Assembly: GCA_030611085.1 (NCBI GenBank)
Contig: JAUWQI010000006.1
Location: 1 to 52,781, forward strand
DNA from: Dehalococcoidia bacterium
GTDB taxonomy: Bacteria; Chloroflexota; Dehalococcoidia; GIF9; AB-539-J10
DNA: 52,781 nt
Direction of reading: 5' to 3'
Each line of letters opens with the position of its first letter. Within the stretch, counting starts at the first letter, position 1. The position numbers and the translations under genes were made by a program. Under the pieces are notes generated by a model. It worked only from the letters and a program-made list of their open reading frames with translations. It did no database searches and was not told where the DNA came from. Below are positions 1 to 8,584 of this stretch, one piece after another.

Positions 1-397
1 CGCAATTATCAGAATGCCAGGATATGGCAGAAGTCTTTCTGAAGCGGTATCATTATCATAGACCACATATGGGGAAAGGTATGCTGCCACCGTTATCTGG
101 CAAGGAGAGAGACTGTCGGATATTAAAGTAGAATTAAGCGGTGCTGAGCTAATTCAAATTCTTTATTCCGCAGATAGCTTTCTACTGCTGCAGTAACCTG
201 TACCTCAGTATAACAAGGAAAGCAAATAAGTAGTTAGCGCGGAGGCTCAGTCAATATCGTTCACAAATCAAATGCTAAAATCCTAACTCATGCTTGCTTG
301 CGATACCCCCTATGGTGCATCCACTTTAAGCCAAATTACTTCATCGGCTATCTTATGTAACCTCTGCCTATATGCTAAAATTAGCCTGACAAGAAAC

Positions 398-1177
398 ATG
401 TTCACCCAACCCGACTATTCTGCATTAGACCGACCAGAAATCCTTCAATTTATCTTTTATCCCAGGAAGGATGTTACCAGGGCTCCACCTAATGCAAGCG
501 ACCACTTTATTCCTGTGGGTAATGAGGTTTCAATTTCTTGCCGCTTTTATACTCATAGTCAAAATTCGCCCTCTATCATATATTTCTATGGCAATGGTGA
601 GGTTGCTAGTGATTATGACTACATTGCCCCTATGTATAACCAGTTGGGTATCAATTTATTTGTGGCTGACTACCGAGGCTATGGCGCAAGCCAAGGTAGA
701 CCTACTTTTACCAATACGATTTCAGATGCCCCTATTATATTTAACGCGTTTACTGACCTACTAGGTGAGAGTCATTATAGTGGCAGTATCTTTGTGATGG
801 GTCGCTCTTTAGGAAGTATTCCTGCTATCGAAATAGCTCGCTGTTATCAAGAGCAAATAAAAGGGCTGATTATCGAGAGCGGGTTTGCTAGCATCGTTAA
901 GTTACTTTCGCATCTAGGCTTCCCTATAGAATACTTAGGGGTTGAAGACACTGACTTCCCCAATCTTGCCAAACTTCGAGCTATTACCAAGCCAATGCTT
1001 ATCATTCACGGAGAATATGACAGTCTCGTTCCTCCTTCTGAAGGTGAAGCTCTGTTTCACAATGCAGCCGCAAAGGATAAAAGGTTAGTCGTTATTCCCA
1101 AGGCTGACCATAATAATATAATGTGGGTAGGCATGGAGCGTTATTTACAAGCGATTAAAGAATTTGTTCTTGCTTAA
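398..1177 (+). CDS. Alpha/beta hydrolase (ABHD13/17-like)
   Basis: GRSLG nucleophile elbow, YRGYG, HGEYD and DHN. Start moved to ATG 398 (MFTQPDY) because the upstream extension looks non-coding. Confidence 0.85.
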   Translation: MFTQPDYSALDRPEILQFIFYPRKDVTRAPPNASDHFIPVGNEVSISCRFYTHSQNSPSIIYFYGNGEVASDYDYIAPMYNQLGINLFVADYRGYGASQGRPTFTNTISDAPIIFNAFTDLLGESHYSGSIFVMGRSLGSIPAIEIARCYQEQIKGLIIESGFASIVKLLSHLGFPIEYLGVEDTDFPNLAKLRAITKPMLIIHGEYDSLVPPSEGEALFHNAAAKDKRLVVIPKADHNNIMWVGMERYLQAIKEFVLA

Positions 1178-1207
1178 TGCCCATGTTAGCAAAGGAGAGA
1201 AACTGTT

Positions 1208-1404
1208 ATGTTAATTCAAGAGCCTGGCAAAATCACTGAGAGCATAGATTTACTCGGAACGCGAAAAATTTGCTTACATCTGATTATTTGAAGATGCAAT
1301 TCCCCCATGTTCAGGTAGTTGATTCGGCATACTCATTTGAACATCACGGCATTTTTGTCGGCGAGCAAGCTAAGAATGCCTTATATCAAGGGCTAGAACA
1401 GACT
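1208..1404 (+). pseudogene. Internally deleted MBL-fold hydrolase remnant
   Basis: SD AAGGAG precedes ATG 1208 (MLIQEPGKITESIDLLGT), which hits an early stop. Another frame gives YLKMQFPHVQV and FEHHGIFVGEQAK, resembling middle and C-terminal MBL segments. Confidence 0.45.
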
Positions 1405-1484
1405 CCCCTCCCTCAGCCTGGAACTCCAAACATCAGTCACCAGGGCAATAATCCGCAAGATACTACGCTAATTTATTTGGCAAA

Positions 1485-1784
1485 TCAGTACCTGTAGCGT
1501 CCTCCCCCTCCACCACCAAATCCTCCTCCTCTCCCGCCTGCAGGACGGGGACGTGCCTCACTGACTGTAATCGCTCGCTCTTTCATCGAAGTTCCATTAA
1601 GGCCGCTAATTGCAGCTTGAGCTTCGGACTTCGTTGACATCTCAATAAACCCAAACCCTCTAGATTCGCCACTATACCTATCTTTGATAATGTTTGCCGA
1701 GGTCACTTGCCCAAAGGCCTCAAATGCCTGACGCAACTCCTCTTCACTAACCTCACGTGACAAATTACCTACATATATATTCAT
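1485..1784 (-). CDS. RRM (RNP-1) RNA-binding protein with Gly-rich tail
   Basis: IYVGNL (RNP2), RGFGFIEM (RNP1), GGRGGGFGGGGGG tail; start at MNIYVG. Confidence 0.95.
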   Translation of the reverse strand: MNIYVGNLSREVSEEELRQAFEAFGQVTSANIIKDRYSGESRGFGFIEMSTKSEAQAAISGLNGTSMKERAITVSEARPRPAGGRGGGFGGGGGGRYRY

Positions 1785-1867
1785 AAACTTAACCCCCTTC
1801 TCCTTTTTGTCCCACAACCCTTATTTTCCACCCTAAGAAACTCTCTGAATTTCGAGGGGACTTATAT

Positions 1868-1895
1868 TCCCCTTCAAGGGAGAGGCTAAGTGGGG
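1868..1895. repeat. Degenerate family C palindrome
   Basis: TCCCCTTCAAGGGAGAGGCTAAGTGGGG resembles the CTCTCCCTTGAAGGGAGAGG..GTGAGGG copies at 5707, 26448 and 42280. Confidence 0.45.
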
Positions 1896-1934
1896 AATTA
1901 AAATACGCTGAAATTTCCCACTTCTAAATGTTGA

Positions 1935-1962
1935 GGGGGGCTAGAACTAAGTCCAGCCCCCC
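1935..1962 (-). terminator. GC-rich hairpin between the zinc-ribbon and RRM genes
   Basis: GGGGGGCT-N12-AGCCCCCC about 20 nt after the stop. No clear U tract, so it may be a stabilising or processing stem. Confidence 0.45.
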
Positions 1963-1983
1963 TGTCCCTAGCCCGACAGACTA

Positions 1984-2295
1984 TTACTGACTGTTCAATC
2001 TGAGCGTTCTGTAGCACTCCCTGCAATATACCGGTCTGCCCTCTCGAGGCTCGAAGGGTACTTCACATTCTTTACCACACTGAGCACATACCGCGGGATA
2101 CATTTGACGCATAGGCCTGTAAGCACCATAGCCACCAGAGTCATTGTGCTGGGATCTTCTTGCCTCACGGCAAGCAGGACAACGTTTGGGCTCGTTGGTA
2201 TATCCCTTAGCAGCATAAAACTCTTGCTCCTCAGCAGTAAAGGCAAAGCTAATGCCACAGTCGGAACATTGTAGTGTTTTTTCTGTAAAACCCAT
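1984..2295 (-). CDS. Zinc-ribbon / CxxC-x17-CxxC domain protein
   Basis: CSDCG..F.FT..EQ.FY...PKRCPACR and CAQCG..VPFEP...PVYCRECY; SD AGGAGG before ATG 2295. Confidence 0.92.
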   Translation of the reverse strand: MGFTEKTLQCSDCGISFAFTAEEQEFYAAKGYTNEPKRCPACREARRSQHNDSGGYGAYRPMRQMYPAVCAQCGKECEVPFEPREGRPVYCRECYRTLRLNSQ

Positions 2296-2344
2296 TGGAT
2301 GACCTCCTTTCTTATAATATTTGGCTTGAGTTCCGGTCATCCAA
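2295..2344 (-). promoter_or_regulatory. 5'UTR stem occluding the SD/start of the zinc-ribbon gene
   Basis: Perfect 10-bp inverted repeat TTGGATGACC / GGTCATCCAA. In the mRNA the 3' arm covers the end of the SD and the A of ATG. Confidence 0.6.
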
Positions 2345-2412
2345 CGCCTGGCAGGTAAACCTGAAAGAGTTTCCCCAGAGATTGATAACCTAGACTTGTA
2401 ACCACTACAATA

Positions 2413-2441
2413 AGCATATATGGTAATGGCGAAAATTGCAA
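2413..2441 (-). promoter_or_regulatory. Sigma70-like promoter
   Basis: On the minus strand TTGCAA-17 bp-TATGCT. Confidence 0.55.
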
Positions 2442-2479
2442 GTTCCCCTAATTTTGCTGACGGGAGCTAATCTTGGAAG

Positions 2480-3409
2480 ATGCATAAAGGAGAATTGAAA
2501 CCAAAATTCATTGGATGCTTGGTAGGAGCAGCCATAGGTGATGGACTTGGCGCCCAGCGAGAGGGAAGAGGGATGGCTAAAGAAGAAGCTATTGACTCCT
2601 TAGCTGAGAAGTTGGTAGAGCTGACTTATACCGATGATACTCATATGATAATCGGCGTCGCAGAATCCTTGATAGAGTGCAAAGGATTCGATGGAGAACA
2701 CATGGCCCAAGCCTTTATAAGAAACTATGAAAGTGAGCCATGGCGTGGCTACGGCCCCGGGCCCCCTATGATTTTTAGAATGATAAAGAGCGGCGAGCCG
2801 TGGTATAGCGCCGGGGCTAAACTTTATAAGGGTGGCTCCTTTGGGAATGGGTCAGCGATGAGAGCAGCACCAATAGGATTGCTATACTTCCGTGACCTGG
2901 AGAAACTGCGAGAGATTGCCTACAAATCTAGCGCTATCACACATTCTCATGAATTGGGCAAAGAGGGAGCAGTACTCCAAGCGTATGCCATAGCCCTAGC
3001 TCTCAATACACCTTCAAATGGAGAAATCAATCGGGAGTCCTTTCTTCTAAGACTCCAGAACTTCGCCCAAAACCACTTATATAAGGAAAAGATGGGCAGA
3101 ATAAAAAGGCTGCTGGGTGAGCAAGATAGTGCAAAGGTGGTTATCTTGCTGGGAAATGGGATAGAGGCACCAAGGTCAGTGCCAACTGCTATCTATTGCT
3201 TCCTGAAGCAGCCCAGGTCCTACAAGGACTCCGTGCTCTATGCCATAAGCTTAGGTGGTGACACTGATACTATAGCCTCTATGGCTGGCGCTATTTCGGG
3301 AGCATATCTTGGCATAGAAGCTATTCCACAAGAGTGGAAAGCAAAACTTGAGAACGAGGCTTACATCGAAGCCCTGGCGGAGGAATTGTGGCAACTCGCA
3401 ACCGATTAG
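2480..3409 (+). CDS. ADP-ribosylglycohydrolase (DraG/ARH family)
   Basis: G.AIGDGLG, YTDDT, GNGSAMR, THSH and GGDTDT motifs. Confidence 0.93.
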   Translation: MHKGELKPKFIGCLVGAAIGDGLGAQREGRGMAKEEAIDSLAEKLVELTYTDDTHMIIGVAESLIECKGFDGEHMAQAFIRNYESEPWRGYGPGPPMIFRMIKSGEPWYSAGAKLYKGGSFGNGSAMRAAPIGLLYFRDLEKLREIAYKSSAITHSHELGKEGAVLQAYAIALALNTPSNGEINRESFLLRLQNFAQNHLYKEKMGRIKRLLGEQDSAKVVILLGNGIEAPRSVPTAIYCFLKQPRSYKDSVLYAISLGGDTDTIASMAGAISGAYLGIEAIPQEWKAKLENEAYIEALAEELWQLATD

Positions 3410-3452
3410 ATGTCTGCGATAGGAATGTTCATATTAACTGGAGGCTTTGTTC

Positions 3453-4316
3453 ATGACAGTTAAAATAGTAACCGATAGTAGTTGTGACATCCCTCCCGAG
3501 ATAGCTCGTAAGCTTTCCATCACCATAGTGCCACTATATATCCAATTTGGTGACAAAACTTACCGCGATGGTATAGACCTCGACGTTGATAGGTTATATC
3601 ACGAACTAGCTCACAGCGGAGAGATTCCTAAAACATCCGTGCCTTCGCCGGGAGATTTCCTCAAAGTCTATAGCAATCTGGCTGCAGAAACTGACCAGAT
3701 TATCTCTATTCATCTCTCTTCGGGATATAGTGGCACATGTAATGTGGCAAAGTTAGCCCAGAGTTACCTGGATGATAAATGCCGAGTGGAGATAATAGAC
3801 TCGAACTCAGTTTCTGTAGGGCTAGGTCTCATAGTTATAGCTGCGGCTAAAGCAGCCCAGGAAGGCAAAAGTTTAGACCAGATTGTTGACCTAGTGCATC
3901 AAATTAGCCTGCGAAGTCATATCTTTGGAAAGATCGAGGATTTGGTTTCCGTTCTCAAAGGAAAGCGTTTTCGGCTAACAAGAGGGTTAATTCTCTTAGG
4001 GAAAATAAGCATGGCGCTGCATATCAAGCTGCTGGGCGAGGTCTATGATGGTGGCAAAATACGCTCTCCCGCTTATGTCATTGGTCACAAAATGGCACTG
4101 AATCAGTTAAAACGATGGGCAAAAGGCTGCAAAGGAATCAAAGACTTAGCAATCGCCTATTCCACAATGCCGCATGAAGCAGAGATGCTTGCTGAGTGCC
4201 TGGAACCATTATTCCCCAGAGAACGCATCCTTATTACCAGACTTGGCTGTGCCACATCCACATATGTAGGTCCTGGAACTTTGGTTATGGCTCTCGTCAC
4301 TGATAAGCAGTTGTAA
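3453..4316 (+). CDS. DegV family fatty-acid-binding protein
   Basis: KIVTDSSCD, PKTS.PS, HLSSGYSGT, IIDS.SVS.GLG, YVGPG; SD GGAGG. Confidence 0.92.
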   Translation: MTVKIVTDSSCDIPPEIARKLSITIVPLYIQFGDKTYRDGIDLDVDRLYHELAHSGEIPKTSVPSPGDFLKVYSNLAAETDQIISIHLSSGYSGTCNVAKLAQSYLDDKCRVEIIDSNSVSVGLGLIVIAAAKAAQEGKSLDQIVDLVHQISLRSHIFGKIEDLVSVLKGKRFRLTRGLILLGKISMALHIKLLGEVYDGGKIRSPAYVIGHKMALNQLKRWAKGCKGIKDLAIAYSTMPHEAEMLAECLEPLFPRERILITRLGCATSTYVGPGTLVMALVTDKQL

Positions 4317-4378
4317 GGATAATCAGTATTTGGTCAATGCAGCGAGTATTAATTCCTGAACTTAGTGGTAGTCACGCT

Positions 4379-5359
4379 CTATACATGAAACTCAACTATA
4401 TCGCCATCTTGAAGTATATGTTCCCTGCTGGCCCTCTGCCCATCATACTTCCCTGAGCCCCAAACAACAGCATACTTCAGCTTGCTCTTAAAATCCTTGT
4501 GGATAGACTCTGCGGCATCTTCTATTGTGCTGCCTTTCTTCAGAATCACAGGCTCAGTGAACTCAGCCTTGCTTCCCGGAGTTTTGGTGTGAACTCGGAT
4601 AATGTCCAGAGCTTCATAAACTGCTTCTCTCAATTCTTCTAGACTACTCTCTCCTTTGGCTGAGATAGAGACCATAGGAAGTAGCACCCCATATTGTGAA
4701 TTTAGTTTTCTCCAGTTATCGCTTGAGCCTTCTAAATCGTTCTTATTCCCCACGATTAACATCTTCTTGAGATAGCTTCCTGGAGTTGCCTCCCTGACAT
4801 TATCCATCAAAGGCTCTATTCTTGCTTCCTCCAATCCTTGAAGGGTAGCCTCTACCTGGCTTATTGGTTCCATACTTAAATCAATCACAAGGGCAATAAG
4901 GTCAGCATTTCTGAGGGTATTGCTTAGCAATATTCGCACATTTCTACGTCCTATAGGTGGTGTATCCACCAGTTGAATCTGAATATTCTCAAACTTCATC
5001 ATCCCTGGGATGAGAGTTTGAGTGGTGAAAGGATATGCTCCTATTTCAGGAGTTGCCTCAGTTACTGCTGCTAGTAACTGTGATTTCCCCACATTAGCTT
5101 GCCCCACCAACACTACCTGCCCAGCACCCTCCCTTCTGATATAAAAGCCTGCTCTTCTAGCTGTGGCATATTTCTTTTCCGCCTCTTGTGAAAGCTTAGC
5201 AATCTTCCGCCTTAGCCCGGCATGGAGCTTATCGGTGCCCTTATGTCTGGGCATAATGGCAAGCATCGCTTCTAAGGCTTCAATCTTTTCCTCCGGGTCC
5301 TTGGCTGACCTATACCTCTTCTCAGCCGCAAAATACTGTGGTGGTAAATTCGCTGGCAT
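4379..5359 (-). CDS. DRG/Obg-family GTPase with C-terminal TGS domain (COG1163-like)
   Basis: GQANVGKS, YPFTT, DTPP, NKND, ISA, TGS-like H.LQDGDIVE; MPANLPPQY N-terminus. Confidence 0.92.
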   Translation of the reverse strand: MPANLPPQYFAAEKRYRSAKDPEEKIEALEAMLAIMPRHKGTDKLHAGLRRKIAKLSQEAEKKYATARRAGFYIRREGAGQVVLVGQANVGKSQLLAAVTEATPEIGAYPFTTQTLIPGMMKFENIQIQLVDTPPIGRRNVRILLSNTLRNADLIALVIDLSMEPISQVEATLQGLEEARIEPLMDNVREATPGSYLKKMLIVGNKNDLEGSSDNWRKLNSQYGVLLPMVSISAKGESSLEELREAVYEALDIIRVHTKTPGSKAEFTEPVILKKGSTIEDAAESIHKDFKSKLKYAVVWGSGKYDGQRASREHILQDGDIVEFHV

Positions 5360-5469
5360 ATAGCCATTTTAGCATGCCCAATCTGGCAAAATCACACCTC
5401 GTGCCCTTTCCTCTCCATATCTTCTCCAATCTAAAAGCTTTAAGGTCGTTTAGTCCCCGACTGTAAGCT

Positions 5470-5550
5470 CTGAGCCCTCCGTATCTTGTCATTCTGAGCG
5501 AAGCGAAGAATCTCTCCACTCAGGACAGGCTCCGCGACCGAAGGATTTCT
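5470..5550 (+). repeat. Family A (TGTCA-tagged) palindromic repeat, nested form
   Basis: TGTCATTCTGAGCGAAGCGAAGAATCTC at 5487-5514 inside CTGAGCCCT...CTCAGGACAGGCTCCGCGA; same layout at 9742-9808. Confidence 0.85.
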
Positions 5551-5585
5551 AGCAAACTTTCTCTCACGGAGATCGTTTTTAAAAA

Positions 5586-5651
5586 TGTAGTTGCCCAATT
5601 TATTGGGCGATTCTGCCTGATGAATCAGGCAACTACAAGAATTTGAGGTGA
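5586..5651 (+). repeat. Family B GTAG-type REP doublet (REPIN-like)
   Basis: TGTAGTT-GCCCAATTTATTGGGC-gattct-GCCTGATGAATCAGGC-AACTACA plus a flank shared with the 11060 copy. Confidence 0.9.
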
Positions 5652-5706
5652 GGAGCTTCCAAAATGTCCCAATTTGAAGCTAAAACTAAAGTTAAACAGC
5701 CTTGCT

Positions 5707-5743
5707 TTCTCTCCCTTGATGGGAGAGGACTGAGGTGAGGGTG
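5707..5743 (+). repeat. Family C palindrome
   Basis: CTCTCCC-TTGAT-GGGAGAG-GACTGAGGTGAGGGTG. Confidence 0.8.
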
Positions 5744-5759
5744 TCTCTCACTTGCTAAG

Positions 5760-6065
5760 CTAATGCGCCAATTCTTTCCGCAGCGAGTCCACCTTGCCCC
5801 TCATGCTCAAGGCTTTATCTCGCCGCTCGTCAATTTCGATTGTGGTTATTACCCTGGCAACCCCTTCACCAAAAGTCTCTTCATGCATCTTCCTTACCAC
5901 CGTTAAAATCCTGTCCAAATCACCCTCTATAATCGTTCCCATTGCGGTTATCTCGTACTTTATACCCTTCTCTTGCTGCAGGACTTTAACTGCCCGAGCC
6001 ACATACTTGCTCACCGAAGGAGTTTTTGTCCCCATTGGGATAATACTTATCTTTGCTATCGCCAT
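5760..6065 (-). CDS. MTH1187/YkoF-like thiamine-binding protein
   Basis: ISIIPMGT..PSVSKYVA, TAMGTIIEGD, RVITTIEIDER. Confidence 0.9.
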   Translation of the reverse strand: MAIAKISIIPMGTKTPSVSKYVARAVKVLQQEKGIKYEITAMGTIIEGDLDRILTVVRKMHEETFGEGVARVITTIEIDERRDKALSMRGKVDSLRKELAH

Positions 6066-6513
6066 GATACCTCCCCCAGAAATATAGCCCCACTATTTTA
6101 TGGGTGAAATCAAATGGGACCTCTTGATTTGACAACGACAGAAAAGAAAAATCCTGAGGAACCTCACCCTTCCCTGCCTCCTCAGAGTTCCCCTGCTCCA
6201 CTTCCACCTACCTTGGGCACGGTTCTTACACCTCGCCTCTTTCAGCTTCCGCTATACAGGTCCTCTGAGGAAACTCACGCTCGGCCCCTCAGGACATCTT
6301 TAAATCTATCACACTTACTGCACTTTGTCAAATTTTTGTAGCTTTCGCGTCAAGAGAGCGTTTAAAAAATTTGCATATCGCCAGAGAAAGAAAAACCACG
6401 GTAAGAAGTTAGAAGGGAAAGTAAGCACCTGGCCAATTTCCAGATATACTTTATCAACCTTCTCTTGCAGTGCAATCGTGAGACGGATAGCTTTGGCTAC
6501 CCTCATATAATGG

Positions 6514-6753
6514 TTAATCTCTATATCCAAAGATAACCTTCGCCCTTTTCTGTCCTCCAAGTTCAATCTCATAGAATTTAGAGAGGTGGGCTATTGTCTC
6601 AGTTACAAGGTAAGTTGCCTTCAGGGCAACTGCCACTCCGACAAACTTCCCATATTCCTTCTCCATCCCTTCTATTTCCACTCCCTTGCTTCTAGCCTCG
6701 ATTCCGGAGGAGGTCATCATTGCCAGTTTTCTTTCCTCCGCCAGCTTTCGCAT
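6514..6753 (-). pseudogene. Possible PIN-domain toxin remnant
   Basis: KFVGVAVALKATYLVTE.IAHLSK resembles the PIN C-terminal KF..xA.A.kAdYLVTgD.HL motif, but the acidic catalytic residues and N-terminus are missing. Confidence 0.3.
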
Positions 6754-6755
6754 CT

Positions 6756-7544
6756 TTATTTTTTCTTAAAGTTCGCCTTCCTCTTTTCCACTCTCGCTTT
6801 AACTCCTTCTTGAAAGTCATAAGAAGAGATAAGGCTACTTTGTATGATACCTACTGACTCAAGACCTTCGGACGCACTCAGTCCGAAGCTTGCATCGATA
6901 TTTCTCTTTGCGAGTCCAACTGCTAATGGGCCATTGCTAATAATTTCCTCTGCCCAAGTTCTGGCCGTATTCTGTAGCTCCTCCAATGGTACCACCTTGT
7001 TGACCAAGCCAATGCGCTCGGCATCCAGAGCGGTGATTGTCTTTCCAGTTAAAATTAACTCCTTTGCCCTACCCACCCCTACTATCCTAGGAAGCCTCTG
7101 ATTCCCTCCCAAATCAGGAATTATTCCTATGCTTACCTCTGGCATCGTAAATGTTGCTTCCTGAGAAGCGATTCTAATGTCACAAGCTAAAGCCATCTCA
7201 AAGCCTGCCCCAATAGCACCTCCATGGATTGCTGCTATCACAGTCTTTTCTAAATATTCTATCTCCGAAAATGCTCTCTGGAATTTCCTTAAACTTCTCC
7301 GAAAATCCTGGCTACTGTTTCCTGCTATTCTCCCTAATTCAAATAAGTCAATACCAGCACAGAATGACTTCCCTTCCCCTGATATAACCACGGCTCTTAT
7401 GCTATCCTTAGCAGCCACCCCGGTAAAACATTGCTCAAGCTCAGCTAACATTTGTGGGGTGATAGCATTCCTCTTATCTGGTCTATTTAACCTAATGGAG
7501 AGAATCCCTTCGTTCTCTAGTAAGGAAAGCGTTTCAAAGTCCAT
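6756..7544 (-). CDS. Enoyl-CoA hydratase/isomerase
   Basis: LNRPDKRNA, FCAGIDL, GAIGAGFE, MPEVSIGIIPD.GG. Confidence 0.93.
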   Translation of the reverse strand: MDFETLSLLENEGILSIRLNRPDKRNAITPQMLAELEQCFTGVAAKDSIRAVVISGEGKSFCAGIDLFELGRIAGNSSQDFRRSLRKFQRAFSEIEYLEKTVIAAIHGGAIGAGFEMALACDIRIASQEATFTMPEVSIGIIPDLGGNQRLPRIVGVGRAKELILTGKTITALDAERIGLVNKVVPLEELQNTARTWAEEIISNGPLAVGLAKRNIDASFGLSASEGLESVGIIQSSLISSYDFQEGVKARVEKRKANFKKK

Positions 7545-7570
7545 TTAAAACCTCCTTTTATCAAAATCCA

Positions 7571-7672
7571 GTGAGAATATCCCTCGGCTTACTGGGGGGG
7601 GTGAATCGCTGGGGTGAGGTGGCTTTAGGCATCCCAGATGCCCCACAGCTTGCTGGGGGGGGGGTGATTCAC
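7571..7672. mobile_element. IS200/IS605-type non-autonomous remnant (PATE/MITE-like)
   Basis: Two subterminal hairpin-like ends (CCCTCGGCTTACTGGGGG and GCCCCACAGCTTGCTGGGGG) bounded by GTGA...TTCAC, with no ORF. Confidence 0.55.
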
Positions 7673-7700
7673 TATTTCGGTAAGTTCCTTCGTGATATCC

Positions 7701-7916
7701 TTAAGGAAGCCCTGTAGTCTTTCGGTATTCATTCACCGTTTGCATCATAGTTTGGAAATCCTTATCTCCCAGGGTCTTCTTCCTTTCAATCCATTGTTGG
7801 AGTACTTCGATAACGATTTCTCGAAGTGACTTACCTTGCTCAACAGCAGCAATCTTTACTGCTTTAAGGAGCTCCACATCCCCTAAATCTACTGTTACTC
7901 TCGTTCCTTTGGTCAT
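7701..7916 (-). CDS. Small ribbon-helix-helix/CopG-like DNA-binding protein
   Basis: RVTVDLGD.EL.KAVKIAAVEQGKSLREIVIE pattern; SD GAGGAG; upstream TGTTATAAT. Confidence 0.75.
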   Translation of the reverse strand: MTKGTRVTVDLGDVELLKAVKIAAVEQGKSLREIVIEVLQQWIERKKTLGDKDFQTMMQTVNEYRKTTGLP

Positions 7917-7998
7917 GTCTTTTCTCCTCTGTATTTATGTATTTACATTATAACACAAAGATGCAAAGGTGGATAATTGACACTGACTCCGTTTACCC

Positions 7999-8582
7999 TC
8001 AGTTGGAAAAAGGCTTTAGGCTTTCAGCTACCACCTCTGGCAGGATATCTATAACCCAGGCATCATATAACCTCTCAAATGGGACAGTATCGTTAGTATA
8101 GACTCCTTGGGGATATGGTCGGAGAAATGAGCTTTACATTTAGCCTGTAGTAATCCAGCTTCTCACCTACTCAGTCAATTCCTCCCAGTAATTCTGGCCA
8201 TTATGCTCAAAATACACCTCACTCTTTTTCAGAAGTTCGCTTTGCATTGGAAGTGGCTCTCGCTCCACCAAAATTTGGACATGGGGATGTATTATGCTCC
8301 CAGCACTGGGAGGCATATAGTTCCAGACATAGACAGGCCAAAGCGCCTCTTTATTCTTCCTTCCTTGCATATCTCCCTAGAAAACCAGGGGGCTTTCTCC
8401 TCCACCCTTACAGGACAAAATGGACATGTTTCCCTTGATTTGCTGGTTATCTCGCTAAGCCCGATGTCACTTCCAGTTTGCTTAAGCCTTTTGGCTCTAG
8501 CAGGATTTATTCGGCATTGTTCCTGAGTTAGCGGGTCAAATCTATATTCGACTCCATTTCTGGTAACTTTTCTAAATTCCAT
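7999..8582 (-). pseudogene. GalT-like (HIT-fold uridylyltransferase) pseudogene
   Basis: EYRFDPLT, CPFCP, NYMPPSAGSIIHPHVQ and a C-terminal piece DILPEVVAE lie in different frames with large deletions. Confidence 0.75.
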
Positions 8583-8584
8583 AT

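Noticed and set aside
1-290. Partial CDS at the window start
   Set aside because: The frames I read close quickly and give no recognisable protein.
6152-6294. TPP riboswitch or hammerhead ribozyme
   Set aside because: Conserved cores (GCUGAGA..CCUGA..UAAU..GCGUAGG; CUGAUGA..GAAA) are not found in the right arrangement.
6315-6572. 85-aa ORF and overlapping short ORFs
   Set aside because: No motif or convincing SD; probably decayed sequence.
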